DNA of 28,527 bases. Origin: Halocynthiibacter sp. (GTDB lineage Bacteria > Pseudomonadota > Alphaproteobacteria > Rhodobacterales > Rhodobacteraceae). The stretch lies in the NCBI GenBank assembly GCA_049609065.1, contig JBMYYE010000017.1:1-28527 (forward strand), read 5' to 3'. The position numbers and the translations under genes are program-made. Of the stretch, positions 19,957-28,527 are shown one piece after another. The notes beneath the pieces were generated by a model. The model saw nothing but the letters and a program-made list of their open reading frames with translations. It ran no database searches and was not told the origin of the DNA. Numbering within the stretch: position 1 is the first letter of the stretch; every line of letters starts with the position of its first letter.

Positions 19957-20055
19957 GGGGCAGACATTCTCACTCGTTTCCCAAAAAAACGCGTGCAAGT
20001 GCTCTTGTCGAAGCAGACAGCTTTCAGTAGATTGGCGGTAATCTTGGAGGATTAC

Positions 20056-21336
20056 ATGTATCGCGTTTGGAACTTTTTAACCCAATACTCTCTCTTGCTT
20101 ATTTTGGGAGCGGGTATTGCGCTTATCTGGGCAAATATTGACCCGCATAGCTATCATGATTTCGTCGAATTTGTGTTGGTGGATGACTTTTTTATTGGCC
20201 ATCCCCATGATGATGGCCATGGCCATGTCACCCGCACCTTGACGCTTCATTACTTGTTTAACGATCTGTTGATGGCGTTCTTCTTTGCCATTGCAGCCAA
20301 AGAGGTGTGGGAAGCCGTGATCCTTGAAAACGGATCTTTGCGCGGGAAAAAAGCCGCCACACCGCTTTTCGCCACATTGGGCGGCATGGTTGGCCCGATT
20401 GTGATCTATTTAGGTTTAGCGGCCCTTTTGGGATCTGCGACCTATGACGCTGTGGCCAATGGCTGGGCCGTTCCGATCGCAACGGATATCGCGTTTGCCT
20501 ATTTGGTTGGTCGCATTGTCTTTGGCGCAGGTCACCCTGCTATTCGCTTCTTGCTTCTTTTGGCCATTGCAGATGACGCTGCAGGCTTGATCATTTTGGC
20601 AATCTTCTATCCCTCTGGTGAATTGGCGATTGAATGGCTGGGGGTCTCCTTTGGCGTTGCTGTCTTGGTTTATTTTCTTGCAAACTGGTTGCCGCGCCGC
20701 ATGGATGCGGGCAATCAGCTTCGTCCGAAATCCACTTGGATGCGGAAAAAGCTATCTTATTGGCCCTACCTCATCGCAGGTGCAATTTCTTGGTATGGCT
20801 TCATGCGTGCAGGCATTCACCCCGCACTTGGCCTATTGCCAATCGTGCCGACCATCCCGCACGCGGACCGCGCCTTTGGGATCTTTTCTCAGGCCGAAGC
20901 CTATCTCTCTGACCTTCTCAACGATATCGAACATAAGTTGAAATTCCCTGTGGAAATCATCTTGTTCTTCTTTGGCCTCTTGAATGCTGGTGTTGAGTTT
21001 TCTGCCATCGGCTCGCCAACTTGGCTTGTCCTTGCGGGTCTGATCATCGGTAAACCAATTGGTATTTTGCTCTTTGGTTGGCTGGCGGCGCGCCCCATGA
21101 AACTCGGCCTGCCAGAAGGCATGCGCATTGTTGATCTCTTTGTGATCGGCTTTGTGGCTGCGATCGGCTTTACCGTGTCGCTCTTCATTGCGGCGGTGGC
21201 GTTTGATAGCAGCGTGATCCTTGAAGGCAGCTCTGTGCAAGCAGCGGCCAAAATGGGGGCACTCTTTAGCTTCTTTGCGGCTGTTTTGGCAATTATCGCA
21301 GGCAAGATATTCAAGGTTGAAAAACAAGATATCTAA
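20056..21336 (+). CDS. nhaA: Na+/H+ antiporter NhaA
   Basis: GGAGG lies 6 nt before the ATG at 20056 (MYRVWNF...). Motifs typical of NhaA are present (LGGMVGPIVIYL, WAVPIATDIAFAYLV). The supplied ORF includes a 21-codon upstream extension. Confidence 0.85.
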   Translation: MYRVWNFLTQYSLLLILGAGIALIWANIDPHSYHDFVEFVLVDDFFIGHPHDDGHGHVTRTLTLHYLFNDLLMAFFFAIAAKEVWEAVILENGSLRGKKAATPLFATLGGMVGPIVIYLGLAALLGSATYDAVANGWAVPIATDIAFAYLVGRIVFGAGHPAIRFLLLLAIADDAAGLIILAIFYPSGELAIEWLGVSFGVAVLVYFLANWLPRRMDAGNQLRPKSTWMRKKLSYWPYLIAGAISWYGFMRAGIHPALGLLPIVPTIPHADRAFGIFSQAEAYLSDLLNDIEHKLKFPVEIILFFFGLLNAGVEFSAIGSPTWLVLAGLIIGKPIGILLFGWLAARPMKLGLPEGMRIVDLFVIGFVAAIGFTVSLFIAAVAFDSSVILEGSSVQAAAKMGALFSFFAAVLAIIAGKIFKVEKQDI

Positions 21337-21370
21337 CGTCAACGCGCATAATCTGCGCCAATTTAACACC

Positions 21371-21402
21371 AAAGCCAGCCTATTTTGGGCTGGCTTTTCA
21401 TT
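21371..21402 (+). terminator. Rho-independent terminator after nhaA
   Basis: aaaGCCAGCCtattttGGGCTGGCttttcattt: a stem followed by a T-rich tail. Confidence 0.65.
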
Positions 21403-21428
21403 TCCTTCATCTTTTATTGGAATACTTA

Positions 21429-21458
21429 TTGCATAAGAAATGCGAAAAAACGCATAAT
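21429..21458 (+). promoter_or_regulatory. Putative sigma70-type promoter (TTGCAT-N18-CATAAT) in an AT-rich region upstream of kpsT
   Basis: A -35-like TTGCAT at 21429-21434 and a -10-like CATAAT at 21453-21458. The spacer contains the palindrome ATGCGaaaaaaCGCAT. The whole 21400-21520 stretch is unusually AT-rich. Confidence 0.3.
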
Positions 21459-21520
21459 ATGGAAAAGTTGGATCCGAGCACTTACCTATAATAATATATA
21501 AGTGGTTAGATCATCGAGGC

Positions 21521-22180
21521 GTGAGCATGCTCGAATTTAGAAATGTCAGCAAGTCCTATTGGACAGGGAAACAGCGCAAGGTCATCCTTGATCGTGTATC
21601 CTTTCGCGTGGAACTTGGGCGCTCACTTGGGATCCTTGCGCCCAATGGCACAGGCAAAACCACGCTCATCAATATGATGGCGGGGCTTGAAAAGCCTGAC
21701 GAAGGCGAAATTTTTCGCGGCTGCCGCATTTCCTTTCCTCTTGGGTTTATGGGCGGGGTTGTTGGCAAGCAATCCGCACGCGACAACGCACGCTATATCG
21801 CCCGCCTCTATGGGCTTGATCCTGATTATGTCGAAGCCTTCTGTCGTTGGCTTTGTGGCCTGGAAGAATATTTTGATATGCCCGTTGGAACGTATTCTGC
21901 GGGCATGAAATCGCGGTTTACCTTTGCGCTTTTGCTGGCGCTCGATTTTGATATCTACCTCATCGACGAAGGCATGCCGAGCACCGCAGATGTAGAATTC
22001 ACCAAGAAGGCTGGCAAAATTTTGCAAGAACGCATCGCCAATACGACAATCATTATGGTGTCGCACCAAGCAAACACGTTGCAGCATTTTTGCGAAAGCG
22101 CTGCGGTCCTCAAGCATGGGCAACTCACGATGTTCGACACATTAGAAGAGGCTAAAGTACTCTATGACTATGAATCTTAA
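21521..22180 (+). CDS. kpsT: KpsT-like ABC transporter ATP-binding protein (capsule polysaccharide export type)
   Basis: A 219-aa single-domain ABC ATPase with Walker A GILAPNGTGKTT and a short C-terminus. Its size and sequence are typical of KpsT/ABC-2 polysaccharide exporter ATPases. Confidence 0.65.
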   Translation: MSMLEFRNVSKSYWTGKQRKVILDRVSFRVELGRSLGILAPNGTGKTTLINMMAGLEKPDEGEIFRGCRISFPLGFMGGVVGKQSARDNARYIARLYGLDPDYVEAFCRWLCGLEEYFDMPVGTYSAGMKSRFTFALLLALDFDIYLIDEGMPSTADVEFTKKAGKILQERIANTTIIMVSHQANTLQHFCESAAVLKHGQLTMFDTLEEAKVLYDYES

Positions 22181-23798
22181 AGCGAACAAATATATGCGCA
22201 GCCGTAAAAAGCCTGCGGAAGCGAAAGAAGATGCAGGCCAAACTGAAGCCGCAGGCAATGACGCTATCCCAGCCCAACAAGGCCATCAGACCGCGTCTAC
22301 TGCCCCCCAAACTGGCACAGGCCAAGAGGATCCAGATCAGGCGCAAAAGGACCTCATGGCGATCCGCCACGAAGGTCTAACAGGGCGCCAATTGCGCATG
22401 GCGCGGCGCACAGCCCGCAAACATGGCCTCCCTGCAACATCTGATTTTGATGCGGTTCGCCTATTGCGCAATGCAGGGATCGATCCCTTTGGCAAAAATG
22501 ACCTCATGGGTATGGTCCAAGCCGGTGCAGGGGCCGCCAAAAGCACAGCCTTAGCAAAAATTAAACCCACCCAACTTCCGCAAGCTCAAACCACCGGTGG
22601 CACGGAGCTATCGGCTGGATCACTAGATGGCTCTGATTACCACGTGCGCAGCGTACAAGAAATTCAACGCGACATCGTAAAACGGCGACGTCGCAGCCTC
22701 ATTATGCTTGTCGTGCGGCTGGCCGCATTTATTTTCCTTCCGACATTTTGCGCATGGATTTATTATTCCACGATCGCCACCCCGCTTTATTCCGCCAAAA
22801 GTGAGTTCACGATTCAAAAATCTGAAAACGTGGCTGCTCCTTCCGCAACAGGTGGCCTCAGTGGAATGCTCGCAGGATCGCCGCTTGCCAATGCAACCGA
22901 TTCAATCACCGTTCAAGATTACCTAATGTCCATTGAAGCCATGGAACGGTTGAATAAAGAAGAAGGATTTATAGCCCGGTTCTCTGATCCTAATATTGAT
23001 CCCATTCAACGTCTTGAGGCGGATGCCAGCAATGAAACGGCCTATAAGGTCTATAAGAAAACCGTGAAAATTGGATTTGACCCAACCGAAGGGGTTATCA
23101 AATTAGAAGTTATCGCACCCAATCCCAAAATGGCCGTCGATTTTTCAAATGCCTTAATTAGCTACGCCGAAGACCGTGTCGATCGCCAATCAAAGCGCCT
23201 AAGAGAAGACCAAATGCGTGTTGCGCGCGGTGCTTTTGCCGAGGCTGAAACCGAAATGCATGCCGCGCAGTCCCGCGTCATTGAACTTCAAGAACAATAT
23301 AATGTCATCTCAGGCGAAGCGGAGGTGAGCCTCATCACGTCTTTGATCAGCAGCCTTGAAACACAGCTCCTACAAGAGGAGTTGAAGCTTGCTGAGTTGA
23401 TGTCAAATACACGCCCAAACATGGCCAAAGTGCGCCCCATCGAAAGCCGCATTGAAACAATCAAAAACAAGATTGTGCTCAAGCGCCAAGAAATGACCGC
23501 AGGCAAAGGCAGCACCGTTTCCGTTGCCAAAGTCGCAAGTGAACTGGCCATCGCCCAAGCCGATCTAGAAACGCGCAATCTGATGCTTCAATCTGCATTG
23601 CAATCAATGGAAACCACCCGCACAGATGCCAACCGCCAAACGCGCTATTTGCTGCGCGGGGTGAATGCCGTCTTGCCGCAATCACAATCCTACCCACGGG
23701 TTTTTGAAAACACGATGATTGCCTTCTTTGTCTTTGCAGGCCTCTATTTGATGGTTTCCTTGACCGCCGCCGTCCTGAAAGAACAGGTTGGCGGCTAG
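22164..23798 (+). CDS. KpsE/Wzz-like polysaccharide co-polymerase (PCP-3) with a roughly 170-aa low-complexity N-terminal extension
   Basis: It overlaps the kpsT 3' end by 17 nt. A TM helix at about aa 175-200 is followed by a periplasmic domain with long coiled-coil segments, and there is a C-terminal TM helix (MIAFFVFAGLYLMVSLTAAVL). That topology matches KpsE/CtrB. The N-terminus is Ala/Gln/Thr/Gly-rich and looks disordered. Confidence 0.55.
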   Translation: MTMNLKANKYMRSRKKPAEAKEDAGQTEAAGNDAIPAQQGHQTASTAPQTGTGQEDPDQAQKDLMAIRHEGLTGRQLRMARRTARKHGLPATSDFDAVRLLRNAGIDPFGKNDLMGMVQAGAGAAKSTALAKIKPTQLPQAQTTGGTELSAGSLDGSDYHVRSVQEIQRDIVKRRRRSLIMLVVRLAAFIFLPTFCAWIYYSTIATPLYSAKSEFTIQKSENVAAPSATGGLSGMLAGSPLANATDSITVQDYLMSIEAMERLNKEEGFIARFSDPNIDPIQRLEADASNETAYKVYKKTVKIGFDPTEGVIKLEVIAPNPKMAVDFSNALISYAEDRVDRQSKRLREDQMRVARGAFAEAETEMHAAQSRVIELQEQYNVISGEAEVSLITSLISSLETQLLQEELKLAELMSNTRPNMAKVRPIESRIETIKNKIVLKRQEMTAGKGSTVSVAKVASELAIAQADLETRNLMLQSALQSMETTRTDANRQTRYLLRGVNAVLPQSQSYPRVFENTMIAFFVFAGLYLMVSLTAAVLKEQVGG

Positions 23799-23829
23799 AA
23801 AAAAGGCGCCATAATCGGCGCCTTTTTCA
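23799..23829. terminator. Bidirectional intrinsic terminator between kpsE-like (+) and the SulP gene (-)
   Basis: aaaaaaGGCGCCataatcGGCGCCtttttc: a palindromic stem flanked by an A6 run and a T5 run. Confidence 0.6.
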
Positions 23830-25548
23830 TTTTGCTTTCAACTGCTCGATGGCTTCGAAATGCGTCAGGTAAATCCCGCCCGTCAGTTCCTCTAGGAAAT
23901 GCGTCCTTTTCAGGCGATCCGTGACGGGGCCTTTGACCTCGGTGAGGTGGAGTTTGATATCAAGGGTTTCTAGGCGCTCATTGATCGCCTCTAGGCTTTC
24001 TAAGGCAGAATGATCGATCTCATTCACGGCCGTACATTGCAAGATCACATGCTCAACCGCCTCACAGCCCACCACACGGTCATAGATGTAATCCTCCAAA
24101 TACCGCGCATTGGCGAAATAGAGGCTCTCATCCACTCGCAATGTAATGATATTGTCATTGGTAATCACATCATGGCGATTGATATTGCGAAAATGTTCGG
24201 TGCCGGGCACACGCCCGACCTCGGCAATATGCGGGCGGGAAGTTTTATATAGAAACAATCCGATAGACACCACAACGCCCGCGGATACACCGATTTCAAC
24301 CCCCATGGTCAGCGTCAGAAAAATCGTCGCAGCCACGGCGGAAAAATCCGCTTTGGAATAGCGCCATGTGCGCCCCAAAATCGAGAGGTCCACAAGGCTC
24401 AACACCGCCACAACAATGGTCGCGGCTAAGGTGGCTTTCGGCAAGAAATACAAAAGCGGCGTCAATAACAGTGCCGCAAGCAAAATGCCAATGGCCGTAA
24501 ACGCGCCTGCGGCTGGCGTTTCAGCCCCCGCGTCATAATTCACCACAGAACGTGCAAAGCCCCCCGTCACCGGATAGCCCCCGGATACAGCGGCCGCAAT
24601 GTTAGAGGTCCCTAGCCCGATCAATTCTTGGTTTGGAACAATACGTTGTCGTTTTTTGGCAGCAAGCGTTTGAGCTACGGACACGGATTCGACAAATCCA
24701 ATAATCGAAATCAACAAAGCTGACACGAATAGCTGACTCCAGATTTCCATATCAAAGCTCGGAAGCGCAAATGGCGGCATGCCGCGCGGCACCTCGCCGA
24801 CAATCGCCACGCCCTTTTCATGGAGCGAAAAGAGCCATGTGACGATCACCGTCACCGCAACCGCACCAACGGGGCCTGCTTTGGCCAAAATATCTGCGAG
24901 GCGCGGTTTTATCCCACGGGCCAAAAGCAATGGCTTTAGCCCCTTTCGCACCCAAAACAAAAATGCCGTGCTCACCCCGCCAATCAAGATCGTATAGAAA
25001 TTGGCCTCAGAAAAATGCGCATCAATGGACAACACCAGATCCACAAGGTTATGCCCATGGGCCTTAATCCCCAAAAGATGTTTGAGCTGGCTCATCGCGA
25101 TCAAGATACCTGATGCGGTGATAAAGCCCGCAATGACCGGGTGGCTCAAAAAATTGGCCAAAAACCCGAGCCGCAACAGGCCCATGAGGGTCAATATAAG
25201 CCCTGACATGAACGCCAACACGATTGCCGCAGCGGCATATTCTGCGGTGCCTTGTAACGCCAAATTGCCAACAGCTGCTGCGGTCATCAAGCTCACCACA
25301 GCAACAGGGCCAACCGCCAAGGCCCGCGAGGTGCCAAAGATCGCATAGGCCACCAATGGCAAGATCGACGCATAGAGCCCCATTTCCGCTGGCAACCCCG
25401 CCAAGAGCGCATAGGCCAAGGATTGCGGGATCAGCATGATCGTGACAATCACCGCCGCCACCACATCATTGGTAAGGCTGTCTTTGTTGTAATCTTGGGA
25501 CCATTCCAAAATCGGAAAGTATCCACGCAAGCGCATCGGAATTTTCAT
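23827..25548 (-). CDS. SulP-family anion permease with C-terminal STAS domain
   Basis: A 573-aa ORF. The N-terminal SulP signature region reads VVAAVIVTIMLIPQSLAYALLAGLPAEMGLYAS. It has many TM helices and a STAS-like C-terminus. Confidence 0.85.
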   Translation of the reverse strand: MKIPMRLRGYFPILEWSQDYNKDSLTNDVVAAVIVTIMLIPQSLAYALLAGLPAEMGLYASILPLVAYAIFGTSRALAVGPVAVVSLMTAAAVGNLALQGTAEYAAAAIVLAFMSGLILTLMGLLRLGFLANFLSHPVIAGFITASGILIAMSQLKHLLGIKAHGHNLVDLVLSIDAHFSEANFYTILIGGVSTAFLFWVRKGLKPLLLARGIKPRLADILAKAGPVGAVAVTVIVTWLFSLHEKGVAIVGEVPRGMPPFALPSFDMEIWSQLFVSALLISIIGFVESVSVAQTLAAKKRQRIVPNQELIGLGTSNIAAAVSGGYPVTGGFARSVVNYDAGAETPAAGAFTAIGILLAALLLTPLLYFLPKATLAATIVVAVLSLVDLSILGRTWRYSKADFSAVAATIFLTLTMGVEIGVSAGVVVSIGLFLYKTSRPHIAEVGRVPGTEHFRNINRHDVITNDNIITLRVDESLYFANARYLEDYIYDRVVGCEAVEHVILQCTAVNEIDHSALESLEAINERLETLDIKLHLTEVKGPVTDRLKRTHFLEELTGGIYLTHFEAIEQLKAK

Positions 25549-25569
25549 ACGGGGGGGGACCTATAGTGT

Positions 25570-25600
25570 AAAAACGCCCCAACTCATGGGGCGCTCGTTT
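25570..25600 (-). terminator. Putative intrinsic terminator between the SQR gene and the SulP gene
   Basis: On the minus strand it reads gaaacgaGCGCCCCatgagttGGGGCGttttt: a 6-bp GC stem with a T5 tail, immediately after the SQR stop. Confidence 0.45.
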
Positions 25601-25609
25601 CATGTTCGA

Positions 25610-27292
25610 TTAAGAAGATTTATCAGCGGAAACCGTTTCTGGTTTGATCATCCATTCCCGCCCTTTCAGCATCGCCATCCAATACACAGGTGGCAAAATG
25701 TTTTCTTTCAAATGCCAAGAAAGACGCGACGGTTTTGTGCCATCAATAACCCATTTTGGGAAAGACGGGAGGAGCTTGCCACCATAGCCAAATTCAGCCA
25801 GCACAATTTTGCCACGCTCAACCGTCAACGGGCAAGAGCCATACCCATTATAGTGGGCTTGTTGGCCGCGACCATCAATATCGGATGCGATATTGGCTGC
25901 CACAACGGGGGCCTGCACCCGCGCCGCCGCCGCCGTTTTCGCATTCGGCGCATTCATTACATCGCCAAGCGACCAGATATTGTCATAAGTCTTGTGGCGC
26001 AGCGTGTTTTGATCCACATCGATCCAGCCTGCTGCATCCGCAAGCGGAGAAACACGAATGAAATCTGGCGCGACTTGGGGTGGACACACATGCATCATGT
26101 CAAAATCTACTGTGATTTCGCGCGCATCCTCATCAGGTTTGGCGACTTTGAACGTTGCCTTTTTTGCAGACCCATCCACAGATGTCAGATTGTTAAAGAA
26201 GTTCAATGACGCGTCATATTTTTCAACATATTGCATCAACGCTGGCACATAATCAGGCACACCAAAAAGCACGCCGCCTGCGTTATGAAATTGGATATCG
26301 ATGTTCTTTAGCGCCCCTGTACGATGCCAGTGATCGGCGGATAAATACATCGCCTTTTGCGGCGCACCTGCGCATTTAATGGGCATCGGAGGTTGCGTGA
26401 AAAGCGCGCGCCCCTCTTTCAAATTTTGCACCAATTCCCATGTGTAAGGTGCTAAATCATAACGATAATTTGACGTTACGCCATTTTTACCTAGCGTCTC
26501 TGAAAGACCTTCAATCGCGTCCCAGTCGAGTTTAATCCCCGGGCAGACAACCAAACGGTCATATTTTACAACACGGCAGCCATCCAAAATAACAGCGTTG
26601 TTTTGTGGTTCAAATGCAGCCACGGCCGATTTCACCCAATGCACGCCCTTTGGGATCAAGGACCCCATGGTTTTGGCCGTTTTTGCAGGTGGGAACACCC
26701 CTGCCCCAACCATGGTCCAGCCCGGTTGGTAATAGTGGATATCAGCCGGATCCAAAATCGCAATTTCAAGATCTGGTTTTCGTGATTTTAAGGAGGACGC
26801 AATGGCAATGCCGCCAGCCCCGCCGCCAACAATCACCACGTCATATTTGGCGTCGCCCTCATCCGTTGGGGTTTTGCCGCCATTGACAATGCGGCGCACA
26901 ACGCCCGCCATGTCATAGCCTGCAGCCTTTGTAGCGGATAAAATCGCCGCCGGCTGTTTTTCATCAGCCATGGCCAAAGACCACAACACCGTACAGCGCG
27001 TGCCAGTGCGACAATAGGCAAAAACGGGGCCGGGAAGATCGCTCAACTGCTGTTTGAATTCTTCGGCATCTTCATCCAACACGCGACCAGAGATAATCGG
27101 CTGATAGCGTACATCCAGCCCAAGCGCCTTTGCGGCTGCTTCGATTTCTTCGAAATTGGGCTGATCGGCGGCTTCACCATCTGGGCGATTACAAATAATC
27201 GCGCGGTAGCCTGCTTTGGCGATTTCCGCCACATCATCCGCTGTGATCTGCTCAGACACTGTGAGTGCCTCAGTTATTTTACGAAATTCCAT
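25610..27292 (-). CDS. sqr: Fusion protein: N-terminal DUF442/TIGR01244-type domain (rhodanese/phosphatase-like, CX4R) joined to sulfide:quinone oxidoreductase
   Basis: GGAAGGA lies 7 nt before the ATG at 27292 (MEFRKITEAL...). Residues about 1-140 read ...AGYRAIICNRPDGE...FAYCRTGTRCTVLW. They are followed by an FAD-binding Rossmann start YDVVIVGGGAGGIA and SQR-like cysteines (CAGAPQK). Confidence 0.75.
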   Translation of the reverse strand: MEFRKITEALTVSEQITADDVAEIAKAGYRAIICNRPDGEAADQPNFEEIEAAAKALGLDVRYQPIISGRVLDEDAEEFKQQLSDLPGPVFAYCRTGTRCTVLWSLAMADEKQPAAILSATKAAGYDMAGVVRRIVNGGKTPTDEGDAKYDVVIVGGGAGGIAIASSLKSRKPDLEIAILDPADIHYYQPGWTMVGAGVFPPAKTAKTMGSLIPKGVHWVKSAVAAFEPQNNAVILDGCRVVKYDRLVVCPGIKLDWDAIEGLSETLGKNGVTSNYRYDLAPYTWELVQNLKEGRALFTQPPMPIKCAGAPQKAMYLSADHWHRTGALKNIDIQFHNAGGVLFGVPDYVPALMQYVEKYDASLNFFNNLTSVDGSAKKATFKVAKPDEDAREITVDFDMMHVCPPQVAPDFIRVSPLADAAGWIDVDQNTLRHKTYDNIWSLGDVMNAPNAKTAAAARVQAPVVAANIASDIDGRGQQAHYNGYGSCPLTVERGKIVLAEFGYGGKLLPSFPKWVIDGTKPSRLSWHLKENILPPVYWMAMLKGREWMIKPETVSADKSS

Positions 27293-27369
27293 TGGGCGTT
27301 CCTTCCCTGTCCCTGTTCCCATGCGCGAAAACTCCCTTCCGCGCATGTCAAATACGTTCTCACTACCGT

Positions 27370-28257
27370 TTAGATTTTGTTTACAGGCACTTTCAAGAAA
27401 GTATTGCCATCATCATCGGCAGGCGGCATTTCACCTGCGCGCATGTTGACCTGCAATGACGGAATGATCAAGCGCGGCATATCAAGCGTCGCGTCGCGTT
27501 CTTCGCGCATTTTGACAAAGTCTTCGCGTGTGCTTCCGGCACCCACATGAATATTTTCGGCCTTTTGTTCCGCAACCGTGGTTTCCCACTGAATTTCACG
27601 GCCATTTGGCCCGTAATCGTGACACATGAAAAGCCGCATTTCGTCAGGGAGCGCCAATACTTTTTGTATACTGTCGTAAAGCTCACCTGCGTCCCCACCG
27701 GGGAAATCGGCACGCGCAGACCCGCCATCCGGCATGAAAAGCGTATCCCCAACAAAGGCCGTGTCCCCAATCACATGCACCATACAGGCAGGTGTGTGAC
27801 CGGGTGTGTGCATGGCAAAACAGGACATGCCGCCAATTTCATAGGTGTCGCCATCCTCAAAGAGGCGATCAAACTGGGACCCGTCACGCTGAAACTCCGT
27901 GCCTTCGTTGAATACTTTGCCAAATGTGTCTTGCACGATGGTAATGTTTTTCCCAACCGCAATTTCCCCACCGAGTTTGTCTTGGATATAGGGGGCCGCT
28001 GAGAGGTGATCGGCATGCACATGAGTTTCGATCTGAAGCATCAGCTCCAAATTATTGTCTTGCACATACGCAATCATGGCATCGGCACTTTGCGGTGTGA
28101 TCCGCCCTGCCGCGTAATCGATATCCATCACGCTATCAACAATGGCGCAGGCGTTGGATTTCGGGTCTTTCACCACATATGAAATCGTGTTGCTCGGCGC
28201 ATCAAAAAACGCCTTCACCTCTGGGCGAAAACTCATATCAACGGGATATGTCATCAT
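27370..28257 (-). CDS. pdo: Persulfide dioxygenase (ETHE1/Blh-like metallo-beta-lactamase fold)
   Basis: AAGGA precedes the ATGATG at 28257. The MBL motif HVHADH is present, and the overall pattern is like ETHE1 (ETHVHADHLS...HTPGHTP...). The supplied ORF carries a 39-codon upstream extension. Confidence 0.75.
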   Translation of the reverse strand: MMTYPVDMSFRPEVKAFFDAPSNTISYVVKDPKSNACAIVDSVMDIDYAAGRITPQSADAMIAYVQDNNLELMLQIETHVHADHLSAAPYIQDKLGGEIAVGKNITIVQDTFGKVFNEGTEFQRDGSQFDRLFEDGDTYEIGGMSCFAMHTPGHTPACMVHVIGDTAFVGDTLFMPDGGSARADFPGGDAGELYDSIQKVLALPDEMRLFMCHDYGPNGREIQWETTVAEQKAENIHVGAGSTREDFVKMREERDATLDMPRLIIPSLQVNMRAGEMPPADDDGNTFLKVPVNKI

Positions 28258-28300
28258 AGTTATCCTTTGATTTTGGGGGGCAGCTACGGCCTGCACCCGA

Positions 28301-28527
28301 TTAAGATGTGAAACGGGTGTAGAGGCGCACAGCCCAAACCCCCGCCAAAAGTGACAGCACAAATAAGAACACATCCGTGTTCCCTGTGCCTAAAACAGGA
28401 AGCGCCCCACCCGGGCAAAAGCCGGCAATTCCCCAGCCAATACCAAAAACAGCCGATCCACCGACCAGTCTAAAATCAATATTTGAATTGCTAGGAACAA
28501 AGAAATGTGGTGAAAAGATTGGATTTT
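28301..28527 (-). CDS. YeeE/YedE-family (sulfur-compound transporter-like) membrane protein, C-terminal part; the 5' end lies beyond the window
   Basis: The minus-strand frame has no Met, so it is absent from the supplied ORF list. It translates to ...[58 protein letters not shown]. The GxxxGFCPGG motif is characteristic of YeeE/YedE-type proteins that often accompany sqr-pdo genes. Confidence 0.5.
   Translation of the reverse strand, partial: NPIFSPHFFVPSNSNIDFRLVGGSAVFGIGWGIAGFCPGGALPVLGTGNTDVFLFVLSLLAGVWAVRLYTRFTS

Noticed and set aside
20833-21372. 179-aa minus-strand ORF overlapping the nhaA 3' end and its terminator
   Set aside because: It is antisense to nhaA, spans the terminator hairpin and shows no domain features.
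27293-27346. N-terminal extension MRGREFSRMGTGTGKERP of the SQR ORF
   Set aside because: There is no RBS. The downstream ATG at 27292 has GGAAGGA at optimal spacing and begins the conserved domain.

Overview
This window is chromosomal DNA from a marine alphaproteobacterium (about 52-53% GC, Rhodobacteraceae-like). Every product call below is my own reading of the supplied translations; no database search was run.

The backbone is housekeeping genes:
- the 3' end of glnA
- nadE
- leuA, preceded by a Leu-rich leader peptide
- a complete mreB-mreC-mreD-mrdA(PBP2)-rodA cell-shape operon, with a 2-hydroxyacid dehydrogenase translationally coupled to the rodA stop
- nhaA

Accessory or niche genes sit between these blocks:
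- an M24-family protein whose predicted metal ligands fall at exactly the positions I recall for the DMSP lyase DddP
- a secreted protein with 18 MORN repeats, next to an SPFH/flotillin-like protein
- a lower-GC single-gene insertion encoding a Wzy_C (O-antigen ligase/polymerase-like) membrane protein
- dispersed capsule-type genes: a KpsS-like gene, and a kpsT-kpsE-like pair with no adjacent kpsM or kpsD
- a sulfide-oxidation cluster on the minus strand: the tail of a YeeE/YedE-family gene, a persulfide dioxygenase, a DUF442-SQR fusion, a predicted terminator, then a SulP/STAS permease

Several strong intrinsic terminators are visible. I found no rRNA, tRNA, CRISPR, transposase or integrase signal.
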